Made by a program: the position numbers and the translations under genes. Of a DNA stretch of 39,065 bases, positions 1-8,203 are shown piece after piece. The stretch is taken from the NCBI GenBank assembly GCA_900317015.1, contig ONFH01000240.1, positions 1-39,065 on the forward strand, read 5' to 3'. The notes beneath the pieces are model-generated. The model was not told the origin of the DNA and did not search any database. It worked only from the letters and a program-made list of their open reading frames with translations. The stretch comes from an uncultured Erysipelotrichaceae bacterium (GTDB lineage: Bacteria > Bacillota_I > Bacilli_A > Erysipelotrichales > Coprobacillaceae). Within the stretch, counting starts at the first letter, position 1. The number at the start of each line of letters is the position of its first letter.

Positions 1-22
1 ATTTAAGAAATAAAATTAAACG

Positions 23-51
23 AAAAAACGCAGATCATATCTGACCTGCGT
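23..51 (-). terminator. Intrinsic terminator after thrS
   Basis: Minus-strand hairpin ACGCAGGTCA-GATA-TGATCTGCGT followed by a T run, just after the thrS stop. Confidence 0.8.
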
Positions 52-57
52 GATTGA

Positions 58-1821
58 TTAGTGCGTCTTTAAAGTTTTATTCGCAACTTCTGTCTTTAAT
101 AATTCAACAAATTCATCGAATGGAACAGTTGTCTGTTTCTTTTCGCCATATAAGCGATAAGTCACAGTGCCTTCGTCTCTTTCGTTATTACCAAGAACTA
201 ATTCATAAGGAATCTTATGGATCTGCGCTTCACGGATACGATAACCTAACTTTTCATCACGGTCATCTAACTGAACACGGAAACCTTCTTTTCTTAACTT
301 GTCAGAAACTTCTTTCGCATAGTCGCCCTGGTAGTTGTTATTAACTGGTAAAACAACGACCTGTTTTGGTGCTAACCATAATGGTAAGTTCCCCTTTGTT
401 TCTTCAAGTAAGAAGGCAATGAAACGGTCTAATGAACCTAAGATGGCTCTATGGATAACGACTGGTCTGACCTTTTCACCATTTTCATCGACATAAACTA
501 ACTGGAATCTTTCTGGTAACATATAGTCTAACTGAATTGTCGATAATGTGACATCATGGCCTAATGCAGATTTGACCTGAACATCTAACTTAGGACCATA
601 GAAAGCAGCTTCGCCTTTGGCTTCATAGTATTTCACACCCATGCCATTTAAGACTTCACGTAATTCATTTTCACTCTTTTCCCAAAGTTCATCATTACCA
701 AAGTATTTTTCTTTATTGTCTGGATCTCTTAAAGATAATCTGAATTCATAATCCTTGAAACCAAAATCTTTATAAACGTCTAAGATCAAATCATTGACAG
801 CCTTGAATTCAGAGGCGATCTGATCTGGACGACAGAAGATATGAGAGTCATTCTGAGTGAATGAACGTGCTCTTTCAATACCCGTTAAGGCACCAGAAGC
901 TTCATAACGGAAGTCATTAGCGATTTCGGCAATTCTCACTGGTAGATCACGATAAGAATGTAATGTCTGTTTATAGATCATCATATGATGAGGACAGTTC
1001 ATTGGTCTTAAGACATAAGCTTCATCATCAAGCTTCATAGCTGGGAACATATCATCTTTATAGTGTTCCCAATGTCCTGATGTCTGATAAAGTTTTACAT
1101 TCCCAAGTGATGGAGTGACGACATGTTCATAGCCTAAAGCTAATTCCTTATCCATAATGTAGTCACTTAATAAACGACGAACTGTAAAGCCGTTTGGTAA
1201 CCACATTGGTAAACCTCTACCAACTAAGTCAGAGAACATGAAGATTCCTAATTCACGGCCTAACTTACGATGGTCACGCTGTTTTGCTTCTTCTAAGAAT
1301 GCTAGGTGTTCTTCTAATTCTTCCTTTGTTGGGAAGCAGACACCATAAATACGCTGTAATACTTTATTATTCTTGTCACCTTTCCAGTAAGCACCAGAAT
1401 GTTTGATCAATTTGAAGTTCTTACACATCTTCACATTGTCGACATGAGGCCCACGACATAAATCAGTGAAGTCACCCTGTGAGTAAGTAGAAATGACTGT
1501 GCCATCTTCAAAACGGTTGATCAAGTCGACCTTGTATTCATCATCTGCAAATTCTTTTAAAGCTTCTTCCTTAGAAACCTCATGACGAACGATACGCTTG
1601 CCATCTTTGCAGATCTTCTTCATTTCTTTTTCAATCTTAGGTAAGTCTTCATCTGTGATCGTCTTATCACCAAGATCAATATCATAATAGAAGCCTTCTT
1701 CTACAACTGGGCCGACCCAGAATTTAGCCTGTGGCCATAAGTGCTTCACAGCCTGTGCAAGCACATGGGCGCATGAATGATTTAAAGTGTTCAAATCTTT
1801 TTCGTTAATAAAATCTCTCAT
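58..1821 (-). CDS. thrS: Threonine--tRNA ligase (short form lacking N-terminal TGS domain)
   Basis: Motifs HSCAH, DLCRGPH, RDHRKLG, LRPMNCPHH, AAFYGPKLD, IHRAILGS. Start moved from 1860 to the ATG at 1821, which follows SD GAAGGAG; the 1860 start lies inside the T-box terminator. Confidence 0.97.
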   Translation of the reverse strand: MRDFINEKDLNTLNHSCAHVLAQAVKHLWPQAKFWVGPVVEEGFYYDIDLGDKTITDEDLPKIEKEMKKICKDGKRIVRHEVSKEEALKEFADDEYKVDLINRFEDGTVISTYSQGDFTDLCRGPHVDNVKMCKNFKLIKHSGAYWKGDKNNKVLQRIYGVCFPTKEELEEHLAFLEEAKQRDHRKLGRELGIFMFSDLVGRGLPMWLPNGFTVRRLLSDYIMDKELALGYEHVVTPSLGNVKLYQTSGHWEHYKDDMFPAMKLDDEAYVLRPMNCPHHMMIYKQTLHSYRDLPVRIAEIANDFRYEASGALTGIERARSFTQNDSHIFCRPDQIASEFKAVNDLILDVYKDFGFKDYEFRLSLRDPDNKEKYFGNDELWEKSENELREVLNGMGVKYYEAKGEAAFYGPKLDVQVKSALGHDVTLSTIQLDYMLPERFQLVYVDENGEKVRPVVIHRAILGSLDRFIAFLLEETKGNLPLWLAPKQVVVLPVNNNYQGDYAKEVSDKLRKEGFRVQLDDRDEKLGYRIREAQIHKIPYELVLGNNERDEGTVTYRLYGEKKQTTVPFDEFVELLKTEVANKTLKTH

Positions 1822-1837
1822 GATTCTCTCTCCTTCT

Positions 1838-2050
1838 AAAATAAAAAGGCCTTCACCCAAAGGACGAAGACCGTGGTACCACCTTAATTTATGATCAATA
1901 AGATCACCTTGACCTCTTAACGCGAGTAACGGCTACCTTTTCGTAGCAGCATGTTACAGGGAGTACCTTTATAATGCCTCTTTGACTTGCACCAACCGTC
2001 ATTTCTCTAAGCGATTTCTTATAAAGACGTATCCTGTGTCGTCGCTTTTT
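1838..2050 (-). promoter_or_regulatory. T-box riboswitch leader (Thr)
   Basis: T-box AAGGTGGTACCACG (1872-1885) with antiterminator pairing AAGG/CCTT and ACG/CGT. Competing terminator GGTCTTCGTCC/GGGTGAAGGCC plus T run. Stem I has AGAGA and GGTTGGTGCAA motifs and a probable specifier ACT at 1962-1964. Confidence 0.9.
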
Positions 2051-2058
2051 ACACGTTC

Positions 2059-2086
2059 ATTTTACAACAACCGCCCTATTTGTCAA
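2059..2086 (-). promoter_or_regulatory. SigA-type promoter of the thrS leader
   Basis: TTGACA-16 nt-TAAAAT directly upstream of T-box stem I. Confidence 0.7.
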
Positions 2087-2106
2087 TGCATAGACTTTGA
2101 ATTTTT

Positions 2107-2349
2107 TTAATTCTTTACATTCTTTACATAACTTGACATAAAGAAAAGGACCCCCATTCTTTTTACGGCATTCTCATCCGGACAAAGGTCATTGACGACA
2201 TCCATTAAAAACGAGGCTTGATCATACATAGGATCAGCTTTTGCCAACCGAGCACGAAGTATTCAGCCATGGCAGATTTTTGATAGTTTGTTGCAATAGC
2301 TTAGAATTTCTCTTTTTGTCTCGTATACGTCTGTAGTGTCATAGCTCAT
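2107..2349 (-). pseudogene. Probable transposase N-terminal remnant
   Basis: SD AAGGAG plus ATG at 2349 gives MSYDTTDVYETKREILSYCNKLSKICHG, with a stop at 2263; the frame then stays open to 2107. Resembles from memory the 'TTNTYEMKREILNFS..IS' N-terminus of IS4-like Firmicute transposases. Confidence 0.4.
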
Positions 2350-2542
2350 AGGGGAAATCTCCTTTTTATTATGTTTACTGATTCAATCATCATTTTCAAG
2401 GATAAGCGAGATTTATCGCAATATTTCAACAAAAATGGGAAAAATCGCCCATATTCTAACGATAAGCTGCATTCTCGTTTTTTTAGTCTTTGTGTTGATG
2501 GTTCATTGCTTCAATATAATCATGAAAACATAGAGTTTTGCT

Positions 2543-2570
2543 TTGCAATAAAAATCAAATCTGCTACACT
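2543..2570 (+). promoter_or_regulatory. Putative promoter of the NUDIX gene
   Basis: TTGCAA-16 nt-TACACT with extended -10 TG. Confidence 0.5.
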
Positions 2571-2598
2571 GAACATGTTTATACGAGGAGGAATACAC

Positions 2599-3135
2599 AT
2601 GAAGTACTGTCCAGACTGTGGTACAGCTTTAACAAGTAAAGTCGATGGCATCGATGGTGAGACACCTTACTGTCCTCATTGTCAGAAATTTGTTTATCCA
2701 ACATTCAACAGTGCCATCTCTACAATTATTTTAAATTCAAAGAAAGATCATATTTTACTAATTGAACAATACGGTCGACCAGCCAATATCTTAGTGGCTG
2801 GCTATGTCATGAAAGGTGAAGATGATATCACAACTTTAGTACGTGAAGTCAAAGAAGAAGTTGATCTCGATGTTTATGGTTATTATTACAATGACAACTC
2901 ATACTTTAAAAAGACGAATACTCTGATCCATAACTATATCAGTGTCGTTAAAGAAGATGATGTTCATATTACTGATGAAGTGGATGCTTATCAATGGATG
3001 ACATTTGATGAAGCTTTAGCCAAGATCAAACCTCATTCTTTAGCAGAACATTTCTTACAGGAAGCCATCAAAAAGTTCCCAACATTATTAAAGACAGAAC
3101 CAGAGACAGACTTAAGTGCCCGTATCTGGGGATAA
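2599..3135 (+). CDS. NUDIX hydrolase, NudC-like (NADH pyrophosphatase type) with zinc ribbon
   Basis: CPDC...CPHC zinc ribbon and Nudix box G-x5-E-x7-REVKEE. Start at ATG 2599 after SD GGAGG. Confidence 0.85.
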   Translation: MKYCPDCGTALTSKVDGIDGETPYCPHCQKFVYPTFNSAISTIILNSKKDHILLIEQYGRPANILVAGYVMKGEDDITTLVREVKEEVDLDVYGYYYNDNSYFKKTNTLIHNYISVVKEDDVHITDEVDAYQWMTFDEALAKIKPHSLAEHFLQEAIKKFPTLLKTEPETDLSARIWG

Positions 3136-3156
3136 GAGCCAAACGGCTCTTTTTTT
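3134..3156 (+). terminator. Intrinsic terminator
   Basis: AGAGCC-AAAC-GGCTCT plus T run. Confidence 0.85.
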
Positions 3157-3241
3157 CATGAGGCATTCTATTAAGACATGACATAAGAAATTGTGATACA
3201 CTAATAACTAAGTAAGAATAAAGCAAAGGGATGAATTGTCG

Positions 3242-4078
3242 ATGAAGGAAAAACTTATGATCATGGCCATTGCCTTCGCCTGCCTGCCAACAGCGGTCAA
3301 GGCCGAGGAGCCAGTGCAAGAGCCACAACAAGCTGCACCACAGCAGGTAGAAACAGAGACAGATGCCACGAAGCAAACCATCACCTATCAATGGCAGAAG
3401 AAAAAGAAGCATTATATCTGTAAGGGAGGCGATGGAAGCTTATGCAAGGGACTTATGGCCATCAAAAACAAGACCTATGATTTTGATTCCCATGGTCGCC
3501 AACAGACCGGCTGGCAGAAGATCAAAGGTCACTATTATTATTTTAAGATTGCCAACAAAGCCAAAGGCTCTATGGTCACAAGTAGGACCGTTAACAATAT
3601 TCGGTTAAATAAAAAAGGACAAGCTGTAATCAATAGCTATGCAAAAAAGAAACTGCGTGCCTTGATCTATGCAACGAAGCTTGTCGAAAAAGCAACCGTT
3701 CCAACGAAATCAAAGAGTAAGCAGTTAAAAGAATGTTACCAATATTTCTTAAAGCACTACGCCTACCGTGGTTCTCCGAAGTTTATGCATAGCAAGACTT
3801 GGGAGATCGATTATGCCAATATGACCTTTTCTCAAAAGCATGGCACTTGTTACGCATTAGGAGCTGCATTTGCATTTGTCGGAAATGCCGTAGGTTACCC
3901 AAGTCAGGCTATTTCTTCTGGTGGACATGGCTGGTGTATGATTGATCATAAAATCACTGATCCTTCATGGCAAGTGAGCGATCGACGTCATTCGTATTAC
4001 CAGATCAATATTAATCTATCCGGTAAAGATAAACGTCCAAATTATAAGAAAGGCATGAGATACGTCCGTAAGATCTAA
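3242..4078 (+). CDS. Secreted cell-wall-binding-repeat protein with C-terminal transglutaminase-like (Cys-His-Asp) domain
   Basis: Signal peptide ending AVKA. Choline-binding-type repeat (TGWQKIKGHYYYF). Triad motifs GTCY, GHGW, DPSW. Very Lys-rich. Confidence 0.7.
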   Translation: MKEKLMIMAIAFACLPTAVKAEEPVQEPQQAAPQQVETETDATKQTITYQWQKKKKHYICKGGDGSLCKGLMAIKNKTYDFDSHGRQQTGWQKIKGHYYYFKIANKAKGSMVTSRTVNNIRLNKKGQAVINSYAKKKLRALIYATKLVEKATVPTKSKSKQLKECYQYFLKHYAYRGSPKFMHSKTWEIDYANMTFSQKHGTCYALGAAFAFVGNAVGYPSQAISSGGHGWCMIDHKITDPSWQVSDRRHSYYQININLSGKDKRPNYKKGMRYVRKI

Positions 4079-4105
4079 AGACCACTTGGTTGAAGTGGTC
4101 TTTTT
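4077..4105. terminator. Likely bidirectional terminator between convergent genes
   Basis: AAAGACCACTT-GGTTG-AAGTGGTCTTT followed by further T residues. Confidence 0.8.
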
Positions 4106-4120
4106 ACATATGCGTATCTA

Positions 4121-4363
4121 TTATTTAGTTTTCTGATCAAGGAAAGGCGCCAGTTCTTTCCTCAGCTCATGGATCTCCTCAATAGGATAATCAGGAATAG
4201 CTTGAGCAATGTCTTCATCAGTTTTTCCTTCATACATCATGCAAACTGCATCATCAACCATTTTTAGTCCTTCTTTATAGCCTTTTTCAAAACCCTTTTT
4301 GTAACCTTCTTTATAGCCTACCTCAAAGCCGTAATTATAAATAGGTGTCATATAATCATTCAT
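4121..4363 (-). CDS. Small protein paralogous to the C-terminal domain of the upstream Rpn-like nuclease (RpnS-like)
   Basis: Own SD AAAGGAG and Gxxx repeats. 40/76 identical without gaps to residues 243-318 of the 4400..5356 product (hand count). Confidence 0.8.
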   Translation of the reverse strand: MNDYMTPIYNYGFEVGYKEGYKKGFEKGYKEGLKMVDDAVCMMYEGKTDEDIAQAIPDYPIEEIHELRKELAPFLDQKTK

Positions 4364-4399
4364 GATGGGTCAACTCCTTTGCAGCTAGAAAGCTAATTG

Positions 4400-4630
4400 C
4401 TATTTCAAATAATCACCTAAGTATTTTCTCAATTCACGAATCTGTTCAACTTTAGAATCAGGAATAGCTTGGGCAATCTCTTCATCCGTTTTTCCTTCAA
4501 GCAACATGAGAGTAATTTCAGCCGTTAACTTACTGCCTTTTTCAATCCCTCTCTTTTCACCTTTTGCAATTCCTCTCTTCTCACCTTTTTCAATTCCATA
4601 ATTATAAACAGGTGTCATAAAATCATCCAT
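4400..4630 (-). CDS. Predicted nested in-frame small protein (RpnS-like, 76 aa)
   Basis: Internal AAGGAG (4640-4645) lies 9 nt before the in-frame ATG at 4630 (MDDFMTP), which aligns exactly with the start of the downstream paralog. Confidence 0.6.
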   Translation of the reverse strand: MDDFMTPVYNYGIEKGEKRGIAKGEKRGIEKGSKLTAEITLMLLEGKTDEEIAQAIPDSKVEQIRELRKYLGDYLK

Positions 4631-5356
4631 AGTATTCATCTCCTTCGTTAAATCATGATCATTGATATTCACGTAACACTCTTTGAGTCGTGATTCTTTC
4701 TGCTCTACTGTTAGAGCCTTGGAAAAAAGATAACAGAGAATCTTAAATGAAAGAAATTCTTTTTCCTTGATCTTATCTACGTTTTCTTCTGATGTATAAA
4801 GATAAAGATAAAAGCTTCTGAAAGCTTCCTTCGATCCATCCATATAAATAAATTTGCCTGTATCAAGACGATAAGGGAAGCTAGGCATCATATCAATATG
4901 ACCTTCATCGTCATTTCGCGGATTAAGGAAGACCCAAATCGAATAGAACTTATGATCAAATCCATCATCCTTATTATACTTTGCTTTCATAAGGTTGATA
5001 TAGTTCTCATTTCTTCTAACAATATTATAATCGTATTTATTCTGAATTTCGATATCGATGTGAATTTTTTCATGTCTTTCCTCTCCGTTAGGAAGAGGCA
5101 GATCGTTTCTGATGGTAAGGAAGTTATCGGGAATCACATAACCTTTCTTCTTACCTGGATGTGATACAGTCTCAACCTTCACATCGGATAAAATCTTTCT
5201 AAGATCATCATCGCTCAAGTCTGCAAGATCGTTAACGAAGTCTCTTAATAAAGGTACTAAGATTTCCACGTTTCTGATGGCTCTTTTTGCAGCTTTGTCA
5301 TACTGATTGTTTTCTTCAATAAATGAATTCTTCATATTCTGTTTGGATTTTTTCAT
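4400..5356 (-). CDS. Rpn family / PD-(D/E)xK nuclease-like protein
   Basis: N-terminal YDKAAKR, IPD...HIDIEIQN (ExQ variant), YSIWVFLNP, and the C-terminal GIEKGEKRG repeats typical of Rpn/YhgA-like proteins. AT-rich. Confidence 0.7.
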   Translation of the reverse strand: MKKSKQNMKNSFIEENNQYDKAAKRAIRNVEILVPLLRDFVNDLADLSDDDLRKILSDVKVETVSHPGKKKGYVIPDNFLTIRNDLPLPNGEERHEKIHIDIEIQNKYDYNIVRRNENYINLMKAKYNKDDGFDHKFYSIWVFLNPRNDDEGHIDMMPSFPYRLDTGKFIYMDGSKEAFRSFYLYLYTSEENVDKIKEKEFLSFKILCYLFSKALTVEQKESRLKECYVNINDHDLTKEMNTMDDFMTPVYNYGIEKGEKRGIAKGEKRGIEKGSKLTAEITLMLLEGKTDEEIAQAIPDSKVEQIRELRKYLGDYLK

Positions 5357-5455
5357 AGGGCAAAAAAACTCCTACTTAGTTGAACAACAAAAAGAGGCAA
5401 ATCTTCGCATAATGAAGAAAAAACTTAAAATTTTTTAATGTTTCTTATCTGAAAT

Positions 5456-5483
5456 AAAAAAAAGAGGAACACGAAGTTCCTCT
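5456..5483 (-). terminator. Intrinsic terminator after pyk
   Basis: AGAGGAAC-loop-GTTCCTCT with a long A run on the plus strand. Confidence 0.85.
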
Positions 5484-5506
5484 ATGTTTATAGTTTATTT
5501 AACCTA

Positions 5507-6934
5507 TTATTTTACAGTTAATAATTCAAGGTAGTTAGTCTGACCAACAACACCTGGAGTACCACCAGTTACTAAGATCTTAGCACCTGGTTCAATACCA
5601 TTTTCTCTAGCGACAACGTTAGCTAAGTTGATTAAGCCTTCTTTAGACTTCATTTCGTTAACTAATACTGGCTTAACGCCCCATACGATGGCTTCTTTCT
5701 TAACTGTATCTTCGTAAGGAGTAGCGGCAATGATTGGACATTCTGGTCTGTAACGTGACATACGGTTTGCAGTTCCGCCTGTTTCTGTGAAGGCAATGAT
5801 TGCTTCAACATCGAAGTTATGAGCGATTTCTGCAACTGACATACAGATTGCTTCAGAAGTGTTCTGATCTGCAGACTTCATAGCTCTTCTGAATAAATGA
5901 CCATAGTCGATCTGAGTTTCAGTCTTACGAGCGATCTTAGTCATTGTACGAACTGCTTCTTCAGGATATTTACCCTGTGCAGATTCACCTGATAACATGA
6001 TTGCATCAGTACCATCATAGATGGCATTGGCAACATCGGAAACTTCGGCTCTTGTAGGTCTTGGGTTTTCCTGCATAGATTCAAGCATCTGAGTTGCAGT
6101 AATAACTGGTTTACCAGCCTGGTTACATTTCTTGATGATTGATTTCTGAATACCAGGAACATCTTCTGCTGGGATTTCAACACCTAAGTCACCACGGGCA
6201 ACCATGATCCCATCAGATACCTCTAAGATCTCGTCGAAGTTCTTAACACCTTCAGCACATTCGATCTTAGGGAAGATTCTGATATCAGGACAATTCTGTT
6301 CTACTAATAATCTTCTCATGTCTAAGACATCCTGAGGTCTTCTAACAAATGAAGCTGAGATGTAATCAACTTTCTGTTCGCAACCGAAGATTAAGTCACT
6401 TCTATCTTTTTCTGAGATGAAATCGAACTGTAATGAAGCTCCTGGTACGTTAATACCACGTTTATTCTTTACACGACCACCGTTAGCGGCAACTGTGTAG
6501 ATTTCTTCGCCTTCAACATGGTCAACTAATAATTCCACCTGACCATCGTTAACTAATACGAAATCACCTGGCTTAACATCTTTATAAAGATCTTTATAAG
6601 TAATTGTGAAACGATCAGAAGTACCAACGATGTCTTCTGTCGTAATGATTGAAACCTGACCCTTAGTGAATTCAGTTGCGCCACCTTCGAAGTCACCAGT
6701 TCTGATTTCTGGACCCTTCGTATCAAGCATAATTGCAACATCAGTACCTAATTTCTTGTTCACTTTACGGCAAAGAGCCATCTTTGCAGCATGTTCTTCG
6801 TGATCACCATGTGAGAAGTTACAACGCATGACGTTCATACCTGCTTTAAATAACTTTGTAAGCATTTCTTCGTTGTCTGAAGCAGGACCAATTGTACATA
6901 CAATTTTAGTCTTTTTCATTTTATCTTTTGCCAT
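5507..6934 (-). CDS. pyk: Pyruvate kinase
   Basis: KTKIVCTIGPAS, LDTKGPEIRTG, IMVARGDLGVE, ATQMLESM, MLSGESA. Confidence 0.98.
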   Translation of the reverse strand: MAKDKMKKTKIVCTIGPASDNEEMLTKLFKAGMNVMRCNFSHGDHEEHAAKMALCRKVNKKLGTDVAIMLDTKGPEIRTGDFEGGATEFTKGQVSIITTEDIVGTSDRFTITYKDLYKDVKPGDFVLVNDGQVELLVDHVEGEEIYTVAANGGRVKNKRGINVPGASLQFDFISEKDRSDLIFGCEQKVDYISASFVRRPQDVLDMRRLLVEQNCPDIRIFPKIECAEGVKNFDEILEVSDGIMVARGDLGVEIPAEDVPGIQKSIIKKCNQAGKPVITATQMLESMQENPRPTRAEVSDVANAIYDGTDAIMLSGESAQGKYPEEAVRTMTKIARKTETQIDYGHLFRRAMKSADQNTSEAICMSVAEIAHNFDVEAIIAFTETGGTANRMSRYRPECPIIAATPYEDTVKKEAIVWGVKPVLVNEMKSKEGLINLANVVARENGIEPGAKILVTGGTPGVVGQTNYLELLTVK

Positions 6935-6991
6935 TTTTCTTCTCCCTTTTATATTTATTTTTTAGCAATTGGACCTTTTGTCCACGCCCTT

Positions 6992-7020
6992 ATCTTAACA
7001 AAGCTAAAAATAAAAAACAA
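6992..7020 (-). promoter_or_regulatory. Putative pyk promoter
   Basis: TTGTTT-17 nt-TAAGAT with extended -10 TG. Confidence 0.55.
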
Positions 7021-7034
7021 GAGATATCAATGAA

Positions 7035-7048
7035 TGTAAACACTAACA
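7035..7048. promoter_or_regulatory. cre-like (CcpA) site
   Basis: TGTAAACACTAACA, one mismatch to TGWAANCGNTNWCA. Confidence 0.45.
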
Positions 7049-7135
7049 TTTAAAAAAATTCACAATCTTTACTTATCTCTTACATTTTCTTGTATTTATG
7101 GGCCTTTTCTTTTCTCCTCATGAAAATGATCCAAC

Positions 7136-7157
7136 AAAAAAGAGAGCCGAAGCTCTC
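7136..7157 (-). terminator. Intrinsic terminator after pfkA
   Basis: Minus-strand GAGAGC-TTCG-GCTCTC plus T run. Confidence 0.85.
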
Positions 7158-7161
7158 CTTA

Positions 7162-8121
7162 TTAACGAAGTTTTAATACGTCATCGTAAATGCCCTGTGG
7201 CACTTTTCTCTTATGTTCGAATAACGTTAAGATTGGTTCTGCAACGATGTCTTCACCCTGCTGACATACGCAAAGACCACCCTTGCCTTCTTCAAGTAAT
7301 TCAACGGCTTTAATGCCCATACGTGAAGCTAAGATACGGTCTCTGGCTGTTGGACGACCACCACGCTGCATATGACCTAAGACATTGGCACGTGTTTCGA
7401 AACCAGTTTCAGCTTCGATATGTTTAGCCAATTCCTGAACATCTGTAATATGTTCTGTAATAACAACGATGGCATGTTTCTTATCAGATGCCTTAGATAA
7501 ACGTAAACGTTCAATGACTTTCTGTTCATCAAAACCAGTGTGGGATGTAATGATGATTTCTGCACCAGCTGCGATGCCGGCATTGACTGCTAAGTCACCG
7601 CAAGTACGACCCATAACTTCAAGAATCGTACATCTCTGATGAGAACCAGATGTATCTCTTAATTTATCAAGTGCATCAACGATCGTATTCAATGCTGTAT
7701 CAAAACCGATCGTATAGTCTGTATCAGGAATATCGTTATCGATCGTTCCTGGAAGACCAATACAGTTCACACCCATCTTTGTTAATTCCAGAGCCCCATG
7801 GTAAGACCCATCGCCACCGATTACGACTAAGGCTTCCATACCAACTTTGTTCATCTGATCGATTGCTTCCTGACGAACCTTAGGATCCTTGAATTCTGGG
7901 AAACGGGCAGACTTTAACATCGTACCACCAACGTTGATAATGTTACGAGTTGAATGTCTATTGAATTTATAGAACTGACCATCATGTAAGCCTTTATAGC
8001 CTAACATAACGCCGTAACAATCAATACCTTTATTAAGACATGTTCTAGCAACGGCACGTACAGCCGCATTCATACCTGGCGCATCTCCACCTGAAGTTAA
8101 AACACCAATACTTTTTACCAT
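7162..8121 (-). CDS. pfkA: ATP-dependent 6-phosphofructokinase
   Basis: TSGGDAPGMNAA, GGDGS, PGTIDND, EVMGR, LGHMQRGG. Confidence 0.98.
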   Translation of the reverse strand: MVKSIGVLTSGGDAPGMNAAVRAVARTCLNKGIDCYGVMLGYKGLHDGQFYKFNRHSTRNIINVGGTMLKSARFPEFKDPKVRQEAIDQMNKVGMEALVVIGGDGSYHGALELTKMGVNCIGLPGTIDNDIPDTDYTIGFDTALNTIVDALDKLRDTSGSHQRCTILEVMGRTCGDLAVNAGIAAGAEIIITSHTGFDEQKVIERLRLSKASDKKHAIVVITEHITDVQELAKHIEAETGFETRANVLGHMQRGGRPTARDRILASRMGIKAVELLEEGKGGLCVCQQGEDIVAEPILTLFEHKRKVPQGIYDDVLKLR

Positions 8122-8203
8122 TAATATTCACCTCTCCAAATATTTCTCACTATACTAAGTTTACCACAATTCGATTCAATTGAATATTAAAAATTGTGAA
8201 ACT

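Noticed and set aside
2111-2138. Tandem TTCTTTACA repeat / three TTnACA hexamers, resembling a PhoP or WalR box or a target-site duplication
   Set aside because: Periods of 9 and 10 bp do not fit 11-bp response-regulator spacing, and AT-rich context makes a chance repeat plausible
2371-2598. 76-aa N-terminal extension of the NUDIX ORF in the ORF track
   Set aside because: It has no SD and contains the promoter and GGAGG SD for the ATG at 2599
4530-4600. Short tandem repeats in the Rpn C-terminus considered as a CRISPR-like or DGR-like repeat
   Set aside because: They are coding GxKx repeats; there are no spacers and no cas or reverse transcriptase gene nearby
7048-7066. Rex-like half site TTCACAA upstream of pyk (and TTGTGAA near 8194 upstream of pfkA)
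   Set aside because: Only half sites; the partner half has three or more mismatches
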